Both the position numbers and the translations under genes were made by a program. Positions 45,476-51,267 of a DNA stretch of 64,000 bases are shown piece by piece. The DNA lies in the sequence record ON529850.1; one strand, written 5' to 3'. The notes beneath the pieces are model-generated. The model made no database searches. It had not been told where the DNA came from and was given only the letters and a program-made list of their open reading frames with translations. Position 1 is the stretch's first letter. Every line of letters starts with the position of its first letter.

Positions 45476-46239
45476 CAGCCGATCTCCACGATCAAATTGG
45501 GGTCGAAGTTCGGGTTCAACTCGTGCCCGATATAGCCGCGCGGATTGGTCAGCACGCGCGTCTTGCCGATCTGGTAGTCGCTGGAATCGTGCATGTGCCC
45601 GTGAACCCACAGGTCCGGTTCATACTCCAGGATCAGCGGCTCCAGGCGGGACGCATAGCAGGGGTTGAGTTCGCTGCCCCGATAACGGGGATGGCTGGAC
45701 CGCTCCGAGGGCGCATGGTGGGTCACCACCACGGTCGGACCGTCATGCGACAGGCGCAGTTGCTCACGCAAGAAGAAGACGCTGCGCGTATGCAGCGACA
45801 AAACCGCTTCAGGGGTGAGCAGGCGCATCGGTTCGGTTTCGATCTGCCGGTAGTCCGTCATGCCGCGCCTGGCCGCCATCATCGACAGATACTGGGTGCC
45901 GTAGAGATTGAAATCCGTCCAAAGGGTCGCGCCCAGGAACCGCACGCCGTCGATCACGAGCGCCTCGTCATCCAGAACGTGAACCGAAGACCCCAGCTCG
46001 ACCGCCTTGGCCTTCATTTTCTCGATGTGGCGTTTGATCCGACGCTTGCCGTAGAACTCGTGATTGCCGGGAACGTAGACGACCGGAACGCCAGGAAAAT
46101 GGCGATCCGCCCAGATCACGCCCACAACACCCGTGGCGGCGTCGCCAGCCAGGACCAGCACATCGCAAGGCGCCGGCGTGTAGTCGCGGCCCATGCCGCC
46201 GAACTCCAGGTGCAGGTCGCTCAGAATGTTGATGCGCAC
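45475..46239 (-). CDS. Calcineurin-like metallophosphoesterase
   Basis: SDLH, LAGD, GNHE, VTHH, WVHGH.H, NPRGY motifs. Confidence 0.93.
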   Translation of the reverse strand: MRINILSDLHLEFGGMGRDYTPAPCDVLVLAGDAATGVVGVIWADRHFPGVPVVYVPGNHEFYGKRRIKRHIEKMKAKAVELGSSVHVLDDEALVIDGVRFLGATLWTDFNLYGTQYLSMMAARRGMTDYRQIETEPMRLLTPEAVLSLHTRSVFFLREQLRLSHDGPTVVVTHHAPSERSSHPRYRGSELNPCYASRLEPLILEYEPDLWVHGHMHDSSDYQIGKTRVLTNPRGYIGHELNPNFDPNLIVEIG

Positions 46240-46256
46240 GCGTATCCCCGTAAAAC

Positions 46257-46375
46257 TGGAGCGGGTGGGAAGACTTGAACTTCCGCCTCCGGGTTAGCGA
46301 CCCGGCACTCCTGATCTCGGCCGAGACCCGCAACCCGGTTCGGCCGAACCTGCTGCGCCCTAGAGCTTCACCCGC
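46257..46375 (-). tRNA. 119-nt tRNA-like RNA: Gly-type acceptor, GCU (Ser) anticodon, 52-nt D-loop insertion
   Basis: GCGGGUG/CACCCGC, U73, CCA; CCGGG-UCGCUAA-CCCGG; GGAAG-UUCAAGU-CUUCC; short variable loop. Confidence 0.72.
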
Positions 46376-46379
46376 ATAA

Positions 46380-46610
46380 GGCGGCAGGAGTTTTAAAGGT
46401 GATGCGTCACCGGGCAAGCCCCCTGCCAGAAACCCCGTCTCCGCTTTTGTGAGGTCCAGAGACGAACGACCCTTCAAAGGCTCACATGGCACGACGTCGT
46501 CTCACGCGCTCCAGGCGTAGTCGCCCGAAACCGCAAGCCCGAGAGGTGGTGCGCGATGGTATCGCCTTCCCGAGGCGACGCCTTGCGACGCCGCGATCTT
46601 GTGTGGGGAT
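46380..46610 (-). ncRNA. Candidate structured RNA (~230 nt) upstream of the 119-nt tRNA
   Basis: Follows terminator 46647-46674 and TTGACG (46638-46633); helices UCGCC/GGCGA, UGUGAG/CUCACA, GGCAGGGG/CUCCUGCC, GGUGA/UCACC. Confidence 0.45.
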
Positions 46611-46646
46611 TACTGGCACTGTTCGACACGGGCGTCAACAAAGAAA

Positions 46647-46674
46647 AACGCCCCGGCGTTTCGGCCGGGGCGTT
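46647..46674 (-). terminator. Intrinsic terminator
   Basis: aacgccccggc/gccggggcgtt followed by tttcttt on the minus strand. Confidence 0.85.
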
Positions 46675-46676
46675 CT

Positions 46677-46994
46677 TCAGAGGTTCATCATCCACTGCTT
46701 GCGGTAGCGCGTGAAATCCTTCCAGGATTTGCCGGCGCGGCGGGACGCCATGATGTCGTCCCAGGAGGACGGCAGATGCTTCCGGTTCCCCCGCACGGAG
46801 ACGACACGATCATGGACGTCACCGGCGTTTCGACGGCGTTCCTGCATGGTGCGCGGATGCCGGAAATACTGCCGCCAGACGTGGCGGAACTCGCGGCAAC
46901 GCAGAGGATCGCCCTGGACCCCGCCGTAGTAATAGGTCCAGCAGCCGATCCACAGAAATCCGTGGTGGGTGATGCGTTGGAATTGGGGCTTCAA
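46677..46994 (-). CDS. Hypothetical phage protein
   Basis: R.P.T.QERR...R..R..LPSSWDD.......KSWK...RKQW; followed by a terminator. Confidence 0.75.
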   Translation of the reverse strand: MKPQFQRITHHGFLWIGCWTYYYGGVQGDPLRCREFRHVWRQYFRHPRTMQERRRNAGDVHDRVVSVRGNRKHLPSSWDDIMASRRAGKSWKDFTRYRKQWMMNL

Positions 46995-47097
46995 AACAGC
47001 CTCCTGTCAGGTTGATTACCTAACGGGTGCTGTGCTCCAGGTAGAATTTGATCATCATGGCCCTATGATACGGCAAGCTGGACCGTTGGTCCAGAAA

Positions 47098-47186
47098 TGG
47101 CGGATGGGGCAGGGATCGAACCCGCGTAACCCTCTCGGGTGTCGACCGCTTAGCAAGCGGCTGCCTTACCTCTCGGCCACCCATCC
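47098..47186 (-). tRNA. tRNA-Ser(GCU)
   Basis: Loop UUGCUAA; long variable arm; G73; CCA. Confidence 0.93.
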
Positions 47187-47193
47187 GTGGGTG

Positions 47194-47278
47194 TGGCGGT
47201 GAACCAGGGAATCGAACCCTCAACCTTGCGGTCGGCTACGGTTTTCAAGGCCGCTTGTCCCCATGGACGCTGCTCACC
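47194..47278 (-). tRNA. tRNA-Ser(UGA), allo-tRNA-like D-arm and 4-bp T-stem
   Basis: Loop CUUGAAA; D-arm GUCC-AUGG-GGAC; AGGG-UUCGAUU-CCCU; CCA. Confidence 0.82.
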
Positions 47279-47285
47279 ATAAAGG

Positions 47286-47375
47286 TGGCGGACGGCGCGC
47301 GATTCGAACGCGCGGACCCTTGCGGGCCGCCTGCTTTCCGGGCAGGTGCCTTAAGCCAGACTCAGCCAGCCGTCC
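47286..47375 (-). tRNA. tRNA-Ser(GGA), C33
   Basis: Loop CCGGAAA; long variable arm; G73; CCA. Confidence 0.9.
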
Positions 47376-47380
47376 GTTGT

Positions 47381-47598
47381 TGGTGGAGGCGAGGGGATTC
47401 GAACCCCCGTAGACGCCGAACCCCCGCATTACCAGGGGCCGATCTTCGGTTTAGAACGCGTGTGCCGCTCTGACCATCTTCCGCAGGCCAGGTGGTCTAT
47501 CGTAACGACCCCGTCGATCGGTTGCCTCTGCGCCCCGGTTTTACCCGGACCGTTATCCTGTTCCACGGTGCTCATGCCGAAACCCGAGCGACGCCCCC
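47381..47598 (-). ncRNA. ssrA: Compact one-piece tmRNA-like RNA (218 nt)
   Basis: 5' GGGGGCG pairs with 3' CGCCUCC including G3.U70; A73; CCA; T-arm GGGG-UUCGAAU-CCCC; GGGUUUCGGC D-analogue; no anticodon arm. Confidence 0.78.
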
Positions 47599-47607
47599 GT
47601 GAAGAAA

Positions 47608-47695
47608 TGGAGGATGGTGTGGGATTCGAACCCACGGAACCTTGCGGTCCTCCGGCTTTCGAAACCGGTGCGATCGGCCACTCCGCCAACCATCC
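47608..47695 (-). tRNA. tRNA-Ser(CGA)
   Basis: Loop UUCGAAA; long variable arm; U73; CCA. Confidence 0.9.
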
Positions 47696-47702
47696 ATATC
47701 AG

Positions 47703-47888
47703 TCAGGCGGCCGCCGGACTGTAGTTGTCGATGTCGTCGACCCGGATCGCCGTTCCCGCCGCGATTTGGCGGTCGGCGCTCAACAGGTCGGCGACCAGGT
47801 CCTCCGCCGAGACGTCGCCGCCGGAAGTGGCGAACTTGACGTTCACCACTCCATTGTCGTACATCTCGGCGATCGCTGAGCGATCCAT
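47703..47888 (-). CDS. Small hypothetical protein (61 aa) inside the tRNA array
   Basis: AAAGG RBS; acidic, protein-like composition; fills the gap between two tRNAs. Confidence 0.65.
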   Translation of the reverse strand: MDRSAIAEMYDNGVVNVKFATSGGDVSAEDLVADLLSADRQIAAGTAIRVDDIDNYSPAAA

Positions 47889-47921
47889 GGCATGCCTTTC
47901 TGCCGGCGTCGCCGGCGGTTA

Positions 47922-47997
47922 TGGTGGAGATGAGGGGAGTCGAACCCCTGACATCCTGCTTGCAAGGCAGGTGCTCTACCAACTGAGCTACATCCCC
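47922..47997 (-). tRNA. tRNA-Ala(UGC)
   Basis: Canonical; G3.U70; loop CUUGCAA; CCA. Confidence 0.96.
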
Positions 47998-48027
47998 AAG
48001 ATGGGTGTCAGTTTTCCTGACAATTGT

Positions 48028-48103
48028 TGGGCCTGGCACTCGGATTCGAACCGAGCCATGCGGCTCCACAAACCGCCGCCTCCACCGCAGAGGCTTTACC
48101 AGG
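48028..48103 (-). tRNA. tRNA-His(GUG)
   Basis: Loop UUGUGGA; C73; no encoded G-1; CCA. Confidence 0.87.
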
Positions 48104-48105
48104 AT

Positions 48106-48193
48106 TGGTCGCAGCGACAGGAATCGAACCTGCCCGGCCTTTCGGCCACCAGCCTCTCATGCTGGCGCGTCTACCAGACTCCGCCACGCTGCG
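48106..48193 (-). tRNA. tRNA-Leu(GAG)
   Basis: Loop AUGAGAG; variable arm; A73; CCA. Confidence 0.92.
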
Positions 48194-48202
48194 ATCAAAA
48201 GT

Positions 48203-48288
48203 TGGTGCCGGTGGTGGGATTCGCACCCACCCGCCACTAAGGACACCAGTTTCTGAAACTGGCGCGTCTACTGCTTCGCCACACCGGC
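48203..48288 (-). tRNA. tRNA-Leu(CAG), T-loop UGCGAAU
   Basis: Loop UUCAGAA; variable arm; A73; CCA. Confidence 0.87.
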
Positions 48289-48298
48289 AATGATGTGT

Positions 48299-48384
48299 TG
48301 GTGCCCGCCCCCGGACTCGAACCGGGACGCCACGAGGGCCACGCCTTTTGAGGACGCTGCGTCTACCTTTCCGTCCAGACGGGC
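48299..48384 (-). tRNA. tRNA-Leu(CAA)
   Basis: Loop CUCAAAA; variable arm; A73; CCA. Confidence 0.88.
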
Positions 48385-48393
48385 TTGAGAAGA

Positions 48394-48479
48394 TGGTGCG
48401 GGCGAGAGGATTCGAACCTCCCCGGCACAAGGCCACGGGCATCTGAAGCCCGCGCGGCTACCAGCTTCGCCACGCCCGC
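48394..48479 (-). tRNA. tRNA-Leu(CAG), second divergent copy
   Basis: Loop UUCAGAU; canonical T-loop; CCA. Confidence 0.92.
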
Positions 48480-48483
48480 ACTT

Positions 48484-48565
48484 TGGAGAACCACGGTGGA
48501 GTCGAACCACTTGCGCCTGGATTAAAAGCCCAATCCCGGCCACCCGGATTTAACGCTCGTGGTCC
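48484..48565 (-). tRNA. tRNA-Lys(UUU), (8/4)-type fold
   Basis: GGACCACG/CGUGGUUC; GUGG-UUCGACU-CCAC; 9-nt linker before a tetraloop D-arm; loop CUUUUAA; CCA. Confidence 0.75.
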
Positions 48566-48580
48566 TCGATTCTCGAATAT

Positions 48581-48667
48581 TGGAGGATGTGGTGGGACTC
48601 GAACCCACGATGGACTTTCGTCAGAGGATTAAGAGCCCTCCCCTCTCGCCGCTGAGGTGACACATCC
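48581..48667 (-). tRNA. tRNA-Lys(CUU) with a variable arm
   Basis: Loop CUCUUAA; arm GAC-GAAA-GUC; U73; CCA. Confidence 0.85.
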
Positions 48668-48703
48668 GTTTAAACTGTATAGCGTCTCCATGAAGACTGT
48701 TGA

Positions 48704-48774
48704 TGGTGCCAGCGGAGCGGGATCGCACCCTCCTCCAACCACTACGAAAGGCTGGTCCTCCTAGAGGCGCCGGC
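48704..48774 (-). tRNA. tRNA-Thr(CGU), atypical (mini D-arm, extended anticodon stem)
   Basis: GCCGGCG/CGCUGGC; CCUC-UAG-GAGG; CCAGCC/GGUUGG around UUCGUAG; A73; CCA. Confidence 0.62.
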
Positions 48775-48782
48775 GTTGTTCT

Positions 48783-48853
48783 TGGTGCCAAGAGTGGGAG
48801 TCAAACCCACCCTGAACCCCTACCACGGGCTCGTCCGGTCACCCGGCCTTGGC
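48783..48853 (-). tRNA. tRNA-Thr(GGU), atypical (mini D-arm, 6-bp anticodon stem)
   Basis: GCCAAGG/UCUUGGC; CCGG-GUGA-CCGG; GAGCCC-GUGGUAG-GGGUUC; 3-nt variable loop; CCA. Confidence 0.68.
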
Positions 48854-48860
48854 GTTATCC

Positions 48861-48935
48861 TGGTCAGAGCGGGAGGTCTCGAACCTCCGACCCCTGCCTT
48901 CCCGAGACAGTGCGCTACCCCTGCGCCACACTCTG
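48861..48935 (-). tRNA. tRNA-Pro(GGG), C33 and A37
   Basis: C1-G72, A73; loop UCGGGAA; CCA. Confidence 0.87.
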
Positions 48936-48938
48936 ATC

Positions 48939-49013
48939 TGGTCTGGGCCGAGGGGATCGAACCCCCGTCATCCGGCTCCCAAAGCCGGCGCCTAACCGCT
49001 CGGCCAGACCCAG
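48939..49013 (-). tRNA. tRNA-Pro(UGG)
   Basis: Loop UUUGGGA; CCA. Confidence 0.93.
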
Positions 49014-49028
49014 ATTGTTATTAAGAAA

Positions 49029-49106
49029 TGGTCTGCGCATCAGGATTTGAACCTGAGACCCCCACGCTCCGAAGGTGGTACTCTGACCAGGCTGAGCTAT
49101 ACGCAG
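49029..49106 (-). tRNA. tRNA-Pro(CGG)
   Basis: Loop UUCGGAG; CCA. Confidence 0.92.
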
Positions 49107-49119
49107 ATGTGAAAAACGA

Positions 49120-49150
49120 AAAGGCCCCAGAGGCGTTGCGCCTGGGGCCT
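49120..49150 (-). terminator. Intrinsic terminator directly upstream of the central tRNA operon (attenuator)
   Basis: aggccccag/ctggggcct stem followed by tttcgttttt on the minus strand. Confidence 0.85.
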
Positions 49151-49222
49151 AAAACAGCTGCTGATTTGGGAGTTCAGCAGGTGATCGGCCCCTCGGGCGC
49201 CTCACCTGCTGTAAGGAAGACC

Positions 49223-49360
49223 TTAGATGGTCTCCGTTGCAGAGGTGACGCCACCGGTGGTGGGGGATTTCGGCGACAGCGTGGCCGGCGCATAGGCGAG
49301 CGTCGACAGCGCCGAAGCGGCGGTCGAATGAAGGCTCAGCTTGTGCGACAACTTGGTCAC
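49223..49360 (-). CDS. Putative leader peptide (45 aa, Ser/Thr/Ala-rich)
   Basis: AAGGA RBS, GTG start; MTKLSHKLSLHSTAASALSTLAYAPATLSPKSPTTGGVTSATETI. Confidence 0.55.
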   Translation of the reverse strand: MTKLSHKLSLHSTAASALSTLAYAPATLSPKSPTTGGVTSATETI

Positions 49361-49408
49361 GAGAGAAATCCTTAGAAGGAAGGGCGTCGAAACGCGATTG
49401 AAGCTTCA

Positions 49409-49437
49409 TCTTTACAGCAAGCTTTTTGGCTTGTCAA
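49409..49437 (-). promoter_or_regulatory. sigma70-like promoter of the central tRNA operon
   Basis: TTGACA, 17 nt, TAAAGA. Confidence 0.65.
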
Positions 49438-49518
49438 GCAAAGATCGAAATTTATTTCGAGGGCTGCCCCTCGCGACGATTACTGCCAGATTTCCTGACA
49501 CACGTCAACCTGGAAAGT

Positions 49519-49559
49519 GACGCGCGCGGCCTCGGGGGAGCGGGAAGGCCGCGCGCGTC
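49519..49559 (-). terminator. 14-bp hairpin, probable terminator
   Basis: gacgcgcgcggcct/aggccgcgcgcgtc followed by acttt. Confidence 0.65.
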
Positions 49560-49562
49560 GGG

Positions 49563-49850
49563 TCACACCGGCCTCGGGGACGGGGCGGCCGGATCGGGAG
49601 CGCCGCAGCGGTCGGGAACGCCGCGACGATTCTTCGGGAGCCGCTCGCGCAGTGGCGGGACCGGAACCGGTCCATAGATCACCTCGACGACGCGGCGCCG
49701 GATTTTTCGGGTAGTCGGGAGAGGGACGCCGCGCCGAATCAATTCAGCGCCGGCCGCCGAACTCGAAAGCGATCCTGACAGATAGATGTCCAGAAGCGCC
49801 GAAGTCGGCATGGCGCGCATACGCTGCGCGCGGTGGGGATTATGGACCAT
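49563..49850 (-). CDS. Hypothetical protein
   Basis: GGAGAG RBS; ends at the hairpin. Confidence 0.5.
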   Translation of the reverse strand: MVHNPHRAQRMRAMPTSALLDIYLSGSLSSSAAGAELIRRGVPLPTTRKIRRRVVEVIYGPVPVPPLRERLPKNRRGVPDRCGAPDPAAPSPRPV

Positions 49851-49949
49851 AGGGTCTCTCCATGCTGGGTCTAGCCCAGGCGGAGGACACGCCTAATGGT
49901 TCAGACGCTGTATCGCGTCCATCCGCCTGGGTTAATCAGCGGAGAGGAA

Positions 49950-50144
49950 TCAGGGAATGTCGGTCTTGGTCGGCGCGAACACCGAAACGACCGCGTCGAG
50001 CGCCTTCTTGAGGCGGCTGGGACGCTGGGTCAACGCCGAGGCGCAGACCTTCTTGATCTCGTCGTGGGTCAAGGAGCCTGGGTCGCGCAATCCGCGTGCG
50101 GCGATCGACGCAACAGAGGCGGAGGTGACTTCCTGGCGAGACAT
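49950..50144 (-). CDS. Small hypothetical phage protein
   Basis: TS..VASIAA..L.DP......K.V.ASALTQ. Confidence 0.7.
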   Translation of the reverse strand: MSRQEVTSASVASIAARGLRDPGSLTHDEIKKVCASALTQRPSRLKKALDAVVSVFAPTKTDIP

Positions 50145-50160
50145 GACGTGAAGAAATCCT

Positions 50161-50235
50161 TGGCGAGCCTAACGGGAGTTGAACCCGTCTTTCCAGCGTG
50201 ACAGGCTGGTGTCCTAACCGATAGACGATAGGCCC
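50161..50235 (-). tRNA. tRNA-Asp(GUC)
   Basis: Loop CUGUCAC; G73; CCA. Confidence 0.93.
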
Positions 50236-50263
50236 TTTCCAGGGATGTCGGTCTAGGAGGTGT

Positions 50264-50341
50264 TGGCACAGCCGACGGGGGTCGAACCCGCATTATCCTG
50301 CTTGAAAGGCAGGTTTCCTAGTCCATTTAGAAGACGGCTGC
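50264..50341 (-). tRNA. tRNA-Glu(UUC)
   Basis: Loop CUUUCAA; G73; CCA. Confidence 0.92.
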
Positions 50342-50375
50342 ACAGAACACGAGCCGACCTCTACGAGTACCGCTT

Positions 50376-50441
50376 TTAGGCGGTGCGCGTATCTCGGCCC
50401 GTGAAGGCCTCTCGCTCTCGAATGGACGTCAGGTAGGTCAT
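50376..50441 (-). CDS. Putative leader peptide (21 aa, leaderless)
   Basis: MTYLTSIREREAFTGRDTRTA; ATG 8 nt after the -10 box. Confidence 0.45.
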   Translation of the reverse strand: MTYLTSIREREAFTGRDTRTA

Positions 50442-50448
50442 AACGGGA

Positions 50449-50477
50449 CTATTAACAGAATCGCTTTTCGGTGTCAA
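50449..50477 (-). promoter_or_regulatory. sigma70-like promoter of the Glu/Asp tRNA unit
   Basis: TTGACA, 17 nt, TAATAG. Confidence 0.65.
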
Positions 50478-50647
50478 GAACGACGTCGATCTTTTCGATG
50501 TTTTTCTTCGGGGACGTCCTCGCCGGGCGCTTCCTCAGCGTCCCAGGCCATCATCAAGGCGGCGGCGAAGGCTGGTCCCATGTCCGCTTCCAGCTGGCGC
50601 AAGGCCCGTTCGTTGGACCGTAGGAAAGCCTCGCTGTATTCGAGCAT
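50474..50647 (-). CDS. Small hypothetical protein
   Basis: GAGG RBS before MLEYSEAF; the track extends this ORF to 50752. Confidence 0.5.
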   Translation of the reverse strand: MLEYSEAFLRSNERALRQLEADMGPAFAAALMMAWDAEEAPGEDVPEEKHRKDRRRS

Positions 50648-50779
50648 GTCGACCTCAAATGAACAGGGGCCGACTTCAGCGCGCGCCGTCTGCCGGTTGC
50701 GCCTGGGCGGAAGCAGCGCACCAGTCCTGCTCGACTGGCCCAGCCCCTCCATCTCTATTTGTCAGGTTTGACGTCAAAC

Positions 50780-51092
50780 GTCAATGCGGAAATGCGGCGG
50801 TTACAGCTTCAACCAGCCCTTCAGGGCCTGTGGGTCTTTCGGGCGTCCTGCCCCGCCGCGCCTACTACGACGCCTTTTTCGGCCCCGGCGAACCGGAGAG
50901 GGTAAAAATCGACGGGTGACCGCTACCGGCCTCGCCTGCTGGCCCGTCCCAGCGCCCAACCTCACCGCGCAGCGCCCCTGTGGGCATATGGCCTTCCCGT
51001 CCGAAGACAGACGCCATGCGGTGGTGGCAGGGCCGCTTGCCCTTACACCCGCACGGCCTGGGCGGGGAGAGAGGCAGAGGCGAACCCCGGAA
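50780..51092 (-). ncRNA. Candidate structured RNA (~310 nt) downstream of tRNA-Gly(UCC)
   Basis: Long-range CCCCGCC/GGCGGGG helix, cUUCGg hairpin, GCCC-UGAA-GGGC; shares a 13-mer with the 1201-1782 RNA. Confidence 0.5.
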
Positions 51093-51095
51093 TGA

Positions 51096-51170
51096 TGGAG
51101 CGACCGGCGGGGATCGAACCCGCGCATGTCAGGGTGGAAACCTGATGCCTTTCCGCTTGGCTACGGTCGC
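51096..51170 (-). tRNA. tRNA-Gly(UCC)
   Basis: Loop UUUCCAC; U73; CCA. Confidence 0.93.
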
Positions 51171-51180
51171 GAAAGTAAAG

Positions 51181-51257
51181 TGGAGCGTCCAGTGAGAATC
51201 GAACTCACCCCCCGCGCGTTGGCAACGCGCTGTACCCACCAATAATACGTTGGACGC
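51181..51257 (-). tRNA. tRNA-Gly(GCC)
   Basis: Loop UUGCCAA; U73; CCA. Confidence 0.9.
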
Positions 51258-51267
51258 AAAGTAAATA

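Noticed and set aside
47440-47465. UUCUAAA read as an amber-suppressor (CUA) anticodon loop
   Set aside because: No flanking anticodon stem; it lies inside the tmRNA-like RNA defined by the 47598/47381 acceptor pairing.
48704-48774. Reading this gene as a degenerate tRNA-Glu(UUC)
   Set aside because: That register gives a broken stem; the CCAGCC/GGUUGG register gives 6 bp, a CGU anticodon and Thr identity like its neighbour.
49149-49409. 86-aa ORF as the leader peptide
   Set aside because: Its ATG overlaps the predicted -10 box and it runs into the terminator; the RBS-preceded 45-codon ORF fits better.
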